Positions 37,241 to 46,513 of a stretch of DNA of 64,000 nucleotides are shown piece by piece. Position numbers and translations under genes: made by a program. The stretch's first letter is position 1. Every line of letters begins with the position of its first letter. This DNA is from Cyanobacteriota bacterium (lineage in GTDB: Bacteria; Cyanobacteriota; Cyanobacteriia; JARCMD01). The DNA lies in the NCBI GenBank assembly GCA_038326735.1, contig JBBQKH010000004.1, forward strand, positions 6,696 to 70,695. Reading direction: 5' to 3'. The notes under the pieces are model-generated. The model saw only the letters and a program-made list of their open reading frames with translations, was not told the origin of the DNA and made no database searches.

Positions 37241-37314
37241 ATAGATGTCAGTTAGGTACCAGTCTGATTTCTGTCTGATGTCCCGTCCCAGCCACCTGAA
37301 CCCCCAGTCACCTC

Positions 37315-38781
37315 ATGCAAAAGCGTCGTCAGCAATCCAGATTGCTCCAATCCTGGGCTTGTTTGAGTTTAATTCTTGTCAGCGGGGTTTGCGGAACCTC
37401 TGCTCTGGCTAGCCCTCCCAAGCCAGTCATAGCGCCTTTGAAGCCAGCATCGGGAATTCCTACCCTCAATCCCGCCAACCCCGTTCAGGTGGATGATGGC
37501 TACTTGCTGGGAGCAGGCGATCGGATTAAGCTCGACATTTTTAACGTGCCGGAGTATAGCGGCGAGTATCAGATCTTGACTGATGGCACCCTGAACTTGC
37601 CTCTAGTGGGCACTGTTCCTGTGCGGGGCATGACCCTCAAGCAAACCTCAGCAAACCTGTCCAAGCGGTTTGAGGTTTATTTGAAGCGGCCGATCGTCAC
37701 CCTGAGTTTGTTGACCCAGCGCCCCATCACGATCGCCATCGCTGGAGAAGTAAACCGTCCCGGCTCCTACACCCCCACCACTGAAGCTGGCCCTCCGACC
37801 TTGACACGGGCAATTTTGATGGCAGGGGGCATGACGCAATCCGCTAACGTGCGACAAATTCAGGTGCGCCGTCCCCGATCGCTCAACAATGGAGCCGACC
37901 AGATTTTGACCCTAGATCTCTGGCAGTTGGCTAGTGCTGGGGATCTGCGCCAGGATATTTTGCTGCGAGATGGAGATAGTGTGTTCATCCCCACCACCAC
38001 TGATTTGAACTTGGCAGAGGCAACCCAGTTGGTCAACACCAGCTTTGCTTCCAAGGAAAATCGCCCCATTCGGATTTCTGTGGTCGGTCAGGTGCGTCGT
38101 CCCGGACCCTATACGATCGCGGGTGGGGTCGATGCTCAATCCCCCGGTGGTGGCTCAGCACCGCCCTTGCCGACGGTGACTCGTGCGATTCAAATTGCAG
38201 GGGGCATTACCCAAACCGCCGACATTCGCCGCATTCAAGTCCGTCGCCCCACAAAGCAAGGGGATGAGCAGATTGTGGATGTCAATTTCTGGGAGTTATT
38301 GAAGTCGGGGGATCTGCGTCAGGATTTACCGCTCCAAGATGGAGATACGGTGATCATTCCACTGGCAGACAAAATTAGCCAGAGCGAAGCCTCAGAGATT
38401 GCGATCGCCAGTTTTTCTCCCGACGAGATCACAGTTAATGTGGTGGGTGAGGTAGCCCGTCCCGGTGCCCTGAAGGTGCAGCCCAACTCTCCATTGAACT
38501 TGGCGCTGTTGGCTGCGGGGGGATTTAGCAATAAGGCAGAACAGGGTTCGGTGCAACTGATTCGCCTCAACCCCAATGGCACGGTGGAAAAGCGCGATAT
38601 CCCTGTGAATCTTGCCCAAGGAGTCAATGAGTCGAGTAATCCAGCATTGCAAAACAATGACACGATCGTGGTCAATCGCATTGGGATCATTGGCACTGCG
38701 GAAATAACGGGAGCCATCCTGGGCCCACTCCTTGCACCAATCACAGGTGTGTTTGGGCTATTTCGTCTGTTGGGATTGTAA
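37315..38781 (+). CDS. Polysaccharide export protein (Wza-like, multiple SLBB domains)
   Basis: Signal peptide, a Poly_export-like segment (GDRIKLDIF..GEYQILTDGTLNLPLVG) and three repeats of the RQDILLRDGD..IP type. Confidence 0.8.
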   Translation: MQKRRQQSRLLQSWACLSLILVSGVCGTSALASPPKPVIAPLKPASGIPTLNPANPVQVDDGYLLGAGDRIKLDIFNVPEYSGEYQILTDGTLNLPLVGTVPVRGMTLKQTSANLSKRFEVYLKRPIVTLSLLTQRPITIAIAGEVNRPGSYTPTTEAGPPTLTRAILMAGGMTQSANVRQIQVRRPRSLNNGADQILTLDLWQLASAGDLRQDILLRDGDSVFIPTTTDLNLAEATQLVNTSFASKENRPIRISVVGQVRRPGPYTIAGGVDAQSPGGGSAPPLPTVTRAIQIAGGITQTADIRRIQVRRPTKQGDEQIVDVNFWELLKSGDLRQDLPLQDGDTVIIPLADKISQSEASEIAIASFSPDEITVNVVGEVARPGALKVQPNSPLNLALLAAGGFSNKAEQGSVQLIRLNPNGTVEKRDIPVNLAQGVNESSNPALQNNDTIVVNRIGIIGTAEITGAILGPLLAPITGVFGLFRLLGL

Positions 38782-38816
38782 ATTCCAGATTTCTGAGGAA
38801 GATGTTGCCGCTGCAC

Positions 38817-38846
38817 GGGCGTTCGCGTAGCATGTGCTTTGCCCAC
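38817..38846. repeat. Short repeat D, copy 2
   Basis: gggcgttcgcgtagcatgtgctttgcccac. See 11619-11654. Confidence 0.5.
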
Positions 38847-38929
38847 AGCATTCAATCCCTAAATTGACCAGCAGATTAGTATCCGTAGATGCACAGTATC
38901 TACGTTCAGCTGGTATGACCTTTCTGAAC

Positions 38930-39925
38930 CTATCCGCGCTTGGGTTGGCAGGGTGGAAATTTGCCGCTGGTGCAGAGTTGCTGAAATAGCTCAGCGACGA
39001 TCGCCTGATTTCCTACCACGGTTGGATGATTATCATCTCGAAAATAGGTGGACATGGTGGTAGAAGGTAGATTTGCCCATGCCGCTTGCGTATCGATCGC
39101 CACAACTTGAGAGGCTTGCAGCAGTTGCAATAGTTCGGCTTTATAGTCTGGCTGATTAAAGACTGGGATGAGGTTTCGGAGGGCGGGTACGAACACGACG
39201 AACACGGGAATACCCTGGTCGCGAATTAACTTTAAGGTCGTGGTCAAATCCTGACGGTTCAAGGCTGCTTGCCGAGCCGGATCAACCGCCGTGGGGATTT
39301 CTCCGGGTGTGGCAGTGGAAAATCCTAGCCTGCCTGCGATTTGGGGCCACAGATAGCGAGATACCACTTCCTCGATCGCCAGCAGGGGGGCGCGGCTGGG
39401 ATATCCCGGTTCTCGATCGAGACGCTGACGGGTGCTGGTGGGTTGAGTCAGGTCATTCGTGCCGATTTCCAAAATGACTCCATCGCTGTTGAAGGTGCCA
39501 AACTGGCGCAGGTAGCCCAGAGCATTGCCGATGCCCCACGATCCAGAAGAAGCGTTTAGGACTTCTACAGAATGCCCAACGGCTGCAATTTTGGCTTCCA
39601 GTAGTTCGGTAATCGTCTGAGTTTGGTCGATCGGGCTACCGCCATTCAAGACAGAATCTCCGATCATCAGAATTCGCAACACCCCTGGAGTTTTGGTGGG
39701 CGTGATGGTCTCCGATCGCTGGGAGTATTGGTTGTAGTTAATCCGTTTGCCGAAGCGCACCCGCTGCTGATTGGGCTGAAAGCGATACCCCGTGTAGGAG
39801 TCGGCTTGAAATAGCACTGGACTGCCAAAGCCAAACGCCAATCGGAGGATGAGTTCGGTGACAATTAGAAGCGCGATCGTTGCCCCAACTATCCTATAGA
39901 CAAGTCGTTTTGTAAGTTTAGGCAA
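38930..39925 (-). CDS. SGNH/GDSL-family hydrolase
   Basis: ILMIGDSVLNG block I and a later GTND-like block. Confidence 0.68.
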   Translation of the reverse strand: MPKLTKRLVYRIVGATIALLIVTELILRLAFGFGSPVLFQADSYTGYRFQPNQQRVRFGKRINYNQYSQRSETITPTKTPGVLRILMIGDSVLNGGSPIDQTQTITELLEAKIAAVGHSVEVLNASSGSWGIGNALGYLRQFGTFNSDGVILEIGTNDLTQPTSTRQRLDREPGYPSRAPLLAIEEVVSRYLWPQIAGRLGFSTATPGEIPTAVDPARQAALNRQDLTTTLKLIRDQGIPVFVVFVPALRNLIPVFNQPDYKAELLQLLQASQVVAIDTQAAWANLPSTTMSTYFRDDNHPTVVGNQAIVAELFQQLCTSGKFPPCQPKRG

Positions 39926-40673
39926 GACGACAAATCCAAATCACAGTGCTATTGAACAGATTACCCAGCAACGGGAATGGCGAAAAGACTCGCTGTTGAA
40001 TCGTCAATTTCTGCTGCAACAACTGTTCGATTTTGCGATAGTCAAACCCCTTGTGTCCCCGTCCTGAAGCGCCCTCTAGGGATTCCTCGGAAATCTCATC
40101 AACGGGGATGGAGTGGGACGACGGGAAGCGGGTGGCATCCCACAAAACCGTAGCCGTAAATAATTCCTGGGGCGTATAGCGTTCGTACCCGTAGGCTCCC
40201 TTCAAATTTGCCAAATAGCGCCCGGCTTGCTTCACCAAGAGGGAAGGGCCCACTTCGATCGGCACCGAAATAATGAGATGGGCATCGGGTTTGCAGTAGG
40301 ACAAAATCTGCTCCAGCGCGGCTTCCGGGTCGATCACATGCTCCAGGGTTTCGGTACACATGGCTAAATCGCAACTGTGGGGCGCGATCGTTTTCACCAC
40401 GTCTCTCGGTCGGCAAAACTGAAACCCCGGCACCTCTGCAAACAGTTCGTGGCAGGCCGCCAGCATGTAGTCAGCGGTGTCTACCCCTATGCCACTGCTG
40501 ATTAATCCTTGGTTGTAGGCACTCCGGAGTAACCAGCCATCGCCGCAGCCATAGTCCAGGGCTTGTGTGTAGTGATTTTGCCGAATCAGATCCAGGACTT
40601 TATTAAATCGAGACTGATGGGCCAAACGGGTTAAACTGCTGCCCTGCTGAAGTAAGCGTTGCGAATAGGACAT
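39918..40673 (-). CDS. Class I SAM-dependent methyltransferase
   Basis: ALDYGCGDGWLL motif I. It overlaps the downstream gene by 8 nt. Confidence 0.75.
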   Translation of the reverse strand: MSYSQRLLQQGSSLTRLAHQSRFNKVLDLIRQNHYTQALDYGCGDGWLLRSAYNQGLISSGIGVDTADYMLAACHELFAEVPGFQFCRPRDVVKTIAPHSCDLAMCTETLEHVIDPEAALEQILSYCKPDAHLIISVPIEVGPSLLVKQAGRYLANLKGAYGYERYTPQELFTATVLWDATRFPSSHSIPVDEISEESLEGASGRGHKGFDYRKIEQLLQQKLTIQQRVFSPFPLLGNLFNSTVIWICRLA

Positions 40674-40702
40674 AGGGTGTCTGGGTTAGCGGCGATGTGT
40701 TT

Positions 40703-40866
40703 AGGCGATGTGCAACTATTTTGCCCACCCTTCGGGAAGCAAGCTACATCCCAACCCTTCTCCCTGGGGAGAAGGGCTTTCGGACATTTCTGGTTCCCTC
40801 TCCCTTTGGGAGAGGACTAGGGTGAGGGCGGTAGTGGCTGGTGTTTCAGGAAAGTTGCACATCGCC
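40703..40866. repeat. Family A repeat, copy A7
   Basis: Outer arms are aggcgatgtgcaac / gttgcacatcgcc. Confidence 0.8.
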
Positions 40867-40881
40867 CATGGTGGAGAAAAG

Positions 40882-42084
40882 CTACACCTTTGCCGCCTGA
40901 TTGTAGCGGCTGTTGGGGGCAAGCTGAGCAATTTCTGCATAGACCGATGCTAAGCTCTGGGCGATCGACTGCCAAGAATAGCGCTGAGTGACTAACTGCC
41001 TCCCATTCGCTCCCAACTGCTGCCGGAGTCCTGGTGCCGTCAGCAACTGGGTCAGCGCTGTGACCAGGGGCGCTAGTCCATCCACCACCAATCCTGCCTT
41101 GGCTGCGGCAATTTCTGGGGCAATCTGAACTCCCGGAGTCACAATCACCGGCAGACCCGCCGCCATCGCTTCCGCCACAGCGATCCCAAAGTTTTCTGAG
41201 AAGGAGGGCAGAACAAAAAAATCTGATCCCTGAAGCAATAAGTCCTTGGCTGTACCCGTGACAAATCCAGGCAGGGTGGTGCGATCGGCTAGCCCCAGCG
41301 TTGCAGTCAACTCAGTGAGGGAATCCACGTAAGCAGCATCCCCTGATCCCGCCAGAATGAGATGAAAATTGTGACCCTGAGCCGCCAGTTGCCCCAGCGC
41401 TTCCAACAACAGGTCGGGGCGCTTTTTATAGTGCAGTCGCGAGAGAAATAACACGATCGGCACTTCTGGGGCGATCGAGTAAGTGTATCGCAACTTTGCC
41501 TGAGCATCGGGCCACAATGTAGGCAACTCAACGCCCAAGGGCAAGGTCAGGGTGGGAGTTTTGATGCCGAAGTTCCGCACATCTGCTGCTTCTCCTATTG
41601 AGGTGCAGTGAATGACCGCAGCCTGTTCCAAGTTGCGCCGTTCCACTAGAGCGGTGTAAATTTGCTTTTTCAGCCGACTTTGGGCCAGGGCCCAAGGAGC
41701 CAGTTGTCCCATGGTGCGAACGGTGTAGGGAACGTGGTGGTGGCGGGCGATCGTGGCAGCACAGGTGGGCGCGTAGGAAAACAGGTAGTGATGATCCAGC
41801 ACGTCATAGGTGGGAATGTGTTGCCATAGCCATTGAGTCAAAGCGCTGGAGAAAATAAACTCCTTCAGGGGTGGTGAAAAGCGCGGTAAAAACCAGACGG
41901 GAACCTGTTGATAGGAGGTGCGATCGTATAGGGGCACGTCTAATAAAGTTTCCCCATCGTCGTTGGTGGTGGCAATCTCAGCGTCCACACCGCTTTCTCG
42001 CAGGGCTTTGACTAACTTGAGCGCAACTTCCGTGGGGCCACCCCGCTGGGGACTCAACGAGGGGATAACGTGCAAAATTTTCAC
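40882..42084 (-). CDS. Glycosyltransferase family 4 (GT-B)
   Basis: N-terminal KILHVIPS..GG and the C-terminal ENFGIAVAEAMAAGLPVI E-x7-E region. Confidence 0.8.
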   Translation of the reverse strand: MKILHVIPSLSPQRGGPTEVALKLVKALRESGVDAEIATTNDDGETLLDVPLYDRTSYQQVPVWFLPRFSPPLKEFIFSSALTQWLWQHIPTYDVLDHHYLFSYAPTCAATIARHHHVPYTVRTMGQLAPWALAQSRLKKQIYTALVERRNLEQAAVIHCTSIGEAADVRNFGIKTPTLTLPLGVELPTLWPDAQAKLRYTYSIAPEVPIVLFLSRLHYKKRPDLLLEALGQLAAQGHNFHLILAGSGDAAYVDSLTELTATLGLADRTTLPGFVTGTAKDLLLQGSDFFVLPSFSENFGIAVAEAMAAGLPVIVTPGVQIAPEIAAAKAGLVVDGLAPLVTALTQLLTAPGLRQQLGANGRQLVTQRYSWQSIAQSLASVYAEIAQLAPNSRYNQAAKV

Positions 42085-43355
42085 TGTTTCCCGCCTATGT
42101 TAATAATCCTTTGAACCTGATTCGCTAAGCTTTCTCGATAGGATTTCCATGTCAATTGCTCCGCCTTTCTCCGAGCCGCTTTGCCCATTTCAGCTAACTC
42201 TAAGGGATGACGGTAGCACCAATCCAGCTTTTCCTGCAACGCTGCAACATCTCGGATGGGAATAATAAAGCCTTCGAGATTATTCTCCACGATATCAGGC
42301 CCGGCAGTATTGCAAGTCGTGATCACAGGAATGCCGCACGCCATCGCCTCTAGTAAAACCAAGCCAAATCCTTCCACTAAAGAAGGGAATACAAGAACGT
42401 TGGCACTGGTATAGTACTCACCCAAGGACGCATGGGGAACGGAGGAAACGTAGCGGAAATCTCCTTCATACTGGGACAACCAGCCTTGAGGAAAGGCATT
42501 GATCCCCACTAGCACCAACTCTGCGTCCTTTAACTGTAGAGCTTTCCATGCGGCCAACAGATAATGGATTCCCTTGCGGGGTTCTAGCCGGCCGACAAAT
42601 AAAGCGCGAAAGGTGCGATCGGTCTTCGCTTGAGGCTGAAAGTAAGCCGTTGGTGCCCCATAGGGGATCACACTCACCTTAGCCGACTCGATCCCCGCAC
42701 TCAGCAAGGATTGCTTGGTGATGGATGACGCGACAAAAATGTGATCGGCTAACTGGACTTCCTGCTCCTTGCGATCGAGCTTCCACTGCGGCTCTTGGGC
42801 AGCCTGTAAAGCCGAGGCTAACTCTGGGAATCGTTCTGCTTCCTCAGCCTGAATCTGGCGGCTCATCTGATAAAACAGAATGGGTAAATCATACAGACAA
42901 AGAATACCCTGTTGCTTGGCGGCTTGGAAGGTGGTTGCCGCTCCATCTTCGTAGGCGTAGATTGCCTTGAGTCCGTTCAAATGCGCTTGGGCAACGTGGC
43001 GATCGAGGGACGCATAGATCCAATCCGTGAGGCTCTGGTAATTCAATCCCAAGCGGCGCGCCATGCCAGAACGGGTCAACAATACCCGAAATGCTTCTCG
43101 ATAGGGATGAGTTCGCACGGTGGCTCTAGGGGGAGGGAGCCAGGTTCGTCGCCCCAACTCCCCAGCGATCGAGGACTGAAGCACTTGTGGGAGGCGAGCT
43201 AATGCCTTGGTAGCACGGCGGGGATCATAGGCGATCGTCGTAATCACGTCCCGCAGTAGCCCTGCCTCTCCCAAAGCAAGGGCAGCCTCACGGGAGTTGG
43301 GATTGCCGGTTGGATGCACCAGAGAAATAGACGGAATAGCCATGGTTGCCCCCAA
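42081..43355 (-). CDS. Glycosyltransferase family 4 (GT-B)
   Basis: EGFGLVLLEAMACGIPVI. It overlaps the next gene by 4 nt. Confidence 0.8.
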   Translation of the reverse strand: MGATMAIPSISLVHPTGNPNSREAALALGEAGLLRDVITTIAYDPRRATKALARLPQVLQSSIAGELGRRTWLPPPRATVRTHPYREAFRVLLTRSGMARRLGLNYQSLTDWIYASLDRHVAQAHLNGLKAIYAYEDGAATTFQAAKQQGILCLYDLPILFYQMSRQIQAEEAERFPELASALQAAQEPQWKLDRKEQEVQLADHIFVASSITKQSLLSAGIESAKVSVIPYGAPTAYFQPQAKTDRTFRALFVGRLEPRKGIHYLLAAWKALQLKDAELVLVGINAFPQGWLSQYEGDFRYVSSVPHASLGEYYTSANVLVFPSLVEGFGLVLLEAMACGIPVITTCNTAGPDIVENNLEGFIIPIRDVAALQEKLDWCYRHPLELAEMGKAARRKAEQLTWKSYRESLANQVQRIINIGGKQ

Positions 43356-43395
43356 TGATTTGCACCCTCAGAAAATATTTATCCAGCGCGAATTT

Positions 43396-44820
43396 CTATT
43401 CTGTAGGAGTGAGGAGGTGGGCTGGGGCTGGCATGGGCTGCGGGAGCCGTTGGACGGGAGCGGTAAGTCCGCGATACCAGTTCTCTGCCTGCTCTAAGCG
43501 GGGAATGATAAAAATAAAACTGCTAAGGAACCAGTAGTAAAGGGCGAAGGTATGGTGGAAAACCAACTGGCTCCGAATATTGATTAAGTGAATCAAAAAT
43601 GCAGCAAGGGCCATCTGGGCCAGAAATGGATCTTTCGATCGCCGAAACACATCCCAAAGGGCCACGATCAAACTAAGTCTCAGCCCGTACCACAGCAAAA
43701 ACCCGATCGGCCCAATCTCCAAAACGACTCGACCCATTTCATCTTCGTAGTAGGTTGCAATTCGCTCTCCAGGAGGTAAGTCAAAGGCGCGACGTAGGGC
43801 AGGTGCGCCTTTTTGCGTCGCCCCAGTGCCATAGCCATCCAGTTCTTTATACTGAAAAAATTCAACGGGCTGGGAAAATTCATTTTGGAGACGGGAGGAA
43901 ATATCGTTGTTGGAGGTCGTGCGTTGCAAGAAGGCATTAACGGCAGGTCGAAAGAAAATAAAGATGAGAAGGGTGAGGACGATCGCCGCTGGGATAAATC
44001 GTCTGACGAGGGCAAAGGTGCTGGAGGGTTGCTTCAGAGTTCTGGCAAGCAGGAAGCCAATCAAAAATAGGACGGACGCGAAAACCGGCCCCCTGGAACC
44101 CGTCATCAGCAGATTGACGATCACCAGCAACATGGCAGCTAGTGAGGCGTAACGCCAGCGGGGAGTTTGCGGTTTTGAGAGGAGAGGCACCAGCAACCCA
44201 AAGCAGATTAGGAGATAAGCTGAGTAGTTGTTGACATAGGAAAATGTACCGGTGATTCTCGCTCTAATGGAGTTACCCACGTAGATCCAGGCTACGCCCA
44301 ACTCTTCCCCCCACGCATAGGAATTGATTGGACTATCGATCGGGCTGACAAATTGGATGGCTCCGATCAGTCCCACGGGAATAGCAAGAACAAGGTGCGA
44401 TCGGATAAATCGATAAAACTCGTCTTTCGTGGGAAAGAGGTCGGGCAACATCCACATCATGGGAATGTAGAAGAAGTAGCTTTTGAAGCCAAATAGTCCA
44501 ATTACTAGCGATCCCAGGCTGGGATTAAAGACTTGAAACGCACCCCATAGCACGGATAGAAATACCAGAATGTTAATCGCAGTATTTTTGCCACCGCCTT
44601 TCCCCTTGATCAGAGCGAATCCGTAGTATTGAATGTAGGCTCCTAACAGAACGGCATCCTTCAAGAAATAAATGAGGTCACTGGCTTGGGGCAGCACCCA
44701 CTTTCGCAAGGCTCCTTCAAAAACCACAATTAAAAACACGGCTTTAATCGCCCGTCGCCAATTGGTGAAGGAGAAAAATACGATGCCGATCGCCACAACT
44801 AAACCAATTAATATCTTCAC
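43396..44820 (-). CDS. O-antigen ligase/polymerase-like (Wzy_C) membrane protein
   Basis: About 11 predicted TM segments with a TGSRGP motif in a loop. Confidence 0.68.
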   Translation of the reverse strand: MKILIGLVVAIGIVFFSFTNWRRAIKAVFLIVVFEGALRKWVLPQASDLIYFLKDAVLLGAYIQYYGFALIKGKGGGKNTAINILVFLSVLWGAFQVFNPSLGSLVIGLFGFKSYFFYIPMMWMLPDLFPTKDEFYRFIRSHLVLAIPVGLIGAIQFVSPIDSPINSYAWGEELGVAWIYVGNSIRARITGTFSYVNNYSAYLLICFGLLVPLLSKPQTPRWRYASLAAMLLVIVNLLMTGSRGPVFASVLFLIGFLLARTLKQPSSTFALVRRFIPAAIVLTLLIFIFFRPAVNAFLQRTTSNNDISSRLQNEFSQPVEFFQYKELDGYGTGATQKGAPALRRAFDLPPGERIATYYEDEMGRVVLEIGPIGFLLWYGLRLSLIVALWDVFRRSKDPFLAQMALAAFLIHLINIRSQLVFHHTFALYYWFLSSFIFIIPRLEQAENWYRGLTAPVQRLPQPMPAPAHLLTPTE

Positions 44821-44872
44821 TCAGGCACTCCGAAGGGAAATCGATCGTGTTCTAATATTGCGTTCTAATATT

Positions 44873-45033
44873 GGGCAATGTGCAACTTAAAGTCTGCCCA
44901 CAACCCCCAGCCCCTTCTCCCAGGGGGTGTAGGGGAGCCGATCTAAGTCTTAGTCCCTCTTCTCTGTTGGGAGAGGAGTTGGGGTATAGCTTGCTTCCCG
45001 AAGGGTGGGCGGTTCGGGAAAGTTCACATCGCC
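44873..45033. repeat. Family A repeat, copy A8
   Basis: Outer arms are gggcaatgtgcaac / agttcacatcgcc. Confidence 0.78.
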
Positions 45034-45056
45034 TAAACTTATTTAATTAATAATCC

Positions 45057-46481
45057 TTAGGAAAACCACGATCGCCGCCAGGAGAAAAAAGCTTGTAATA
45101 GGTTTTTTTGGATGGGGTGGCGATCGAAGGAGTGCCAATACCACTGCGAAGCAGTCGTAGACACAAGCTGGGAGATGGTGGGAGACAACACGGGCAAGTC
45201 TGCTAGGGCATCGGCTTTCAAGCCTTGCCGCATTGCCAAGGTGACAACACTGGCAAGTTCACTGACTCCATTGCCCACCAGATGAACTCCCAGAATTTCG
45301 CCACTCGATCGCACAATGAGCTTGCACAATCCTACCTCCTCTCCCCGCAGTTGAGCCGCGATTGAAGCGTGGGTCGTTTGGCGCAACACCAAAACTTCCT
45401 TACCGTGGGCTTGCAGTGCCTGAGGTTCTGTCATCCCTAACCGTACCAGTTCTGGCTCCGTCGGGGTTACCCACGGCATTCCCCAATAATCTACTTTGAA
45501 AGTGGGCAAAAACAATAGATTAGCCACGGCAATTTCTGCCTGATAGCGGGACAGGTGCGGCGACGCATAGCCAGCGATCGGGTCTCCACAGGCATAGATG
45601 CGGGGATGGGTGGTTTGCAGGTTGTCGTTGAGTTGGATGCCGCGCCGATCGACCTTGACCCCGACTGCCTCTAGATTTAAGTCGGTCACCTGCGATCGTT
45701 GCCCTGCTGCCACCAGAATTTCATCGACTTCGATCGCCTGGCTCGCCGCCTGCAACCACTTTTGCTCACCAATTTGCCTGACCTGACTCACCTCAGTTTG
45801 AGTCAAAATCCGCACACCCTCTGCCTCTAGCTGCGATTGAATCAGATACGCTGCCTCTGGGTCATCCTTTGCCAAAATGTGCCGCCCCCGCACGGCGATC
45901 GTCACTGCAACCCCCAGCCGCGCCAAGGTTTGGGCCAGGGCTACTCCTGTCGGATCACCTCCCAGCACCATCAGGCGGTGAGGCAGGGTTGATTGTTGCG
46001 TCCAAGGTGAGGCAGTGGTCAAATAGCCTACGGTCTCCAACCCGTCAATCTCTGGAATCAACGGACAGCCGCCCATGGCAATGAGATAGTTTTTGGCCCG
46101 CAGTCGGCGTGTGTCCAGTTGAAATGACAGATGGGGTTTGCGGGAAAACTGCCCACACCCCGGAACAATCTCCACCCCCGCAGATGCCATCACCGCCGTA
46201 GCAGAGTCTGTATCCAGGGTCACCATCATTTCTCTGACCCAGGTCAGGGCATTTTGCCATTGCTGCCCCGGGTCGATAGCTGGCAGGGAGCTTCCTTGGG
46301 GTTGACGGGCCTGGTTTTTAATCCGTTGCCCCCACTGAAAGAGCGCCTGATTTTGCAGGGGGTGGGCTGAAATTCCCTGCTCAACTAGGGCAACCCGCGC
46401 CCCTAGACGTGTGGCAGTGAGGGCAGCGTAAATTCCTGCCTCACTCTTACCGATGACAACCAGGTCATACTCAACGGACAT
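45057..46481 (-). CDS. Pyridine nucleotide-disulfide oxidoreductase family protein lacking the redox CxxxxC
   Basis: YDLVVIGKSEAG FAD fold, a second Rossmann motif (LMVLGGDPTG) and IYACGD. There is no CxxxxC and no HPT..E near the C-terminus. Confidence 0.7.
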   Translation of the reverse strand: MSVEYDLVVIGKSEAGIYAALTATRLGARVALVEQGISAHPLQNQALFQWGQRIKNQARQPQGSSLPAIDPGQQWQNALTWVREMMVTLDTDSATAVMASAGVEIVPGCGQFSRKPHLSFQLDTRRLRAKNYLIAMGGCPLIPEIDGLETVGYLTTASPWTQQSTLPHRLMVLGGDPTGVALAQTLARLGVAVTIAVRGRHILAKDDPEAAYLIQSQLEAEGVRILTQTEVSQVRQIGEQKWLQAASQAIEVDEILVAAGQRSQVTDLNLEAVGVKVDRRGIQLNDNLQTTHPRIYACGDPIAGYASPHLSRYQAEIAVANLLFLPTFKVDYWGMPWVTPTEPELVRLGMTEPQALQAHGKEVLVLRQTTHASIAAQLRGEEVGLCKLIVRSSGEILGVHLVGNGVSELASVVTLAMRQGLKADALADLPVLSPTISQLVSTTASQWYWHSFDRHPIQKNLLQAFFSWRRSWFS

Positions 46482-46513
46482 AATCTCTCTTCAGGAATCT
46501 CTAGCGTGTACCC

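Noticed and set aside
38319-38855. 178-aa minus ORF
   Set aside because: It is antisense to the well-supported Wza-like gene.
40708-40953. ORFs 40708-40953(+) and 40716-40940(-)
   Set aside because: They are composed of family A repeat A7 plus the 3' end of the GT4 gene.
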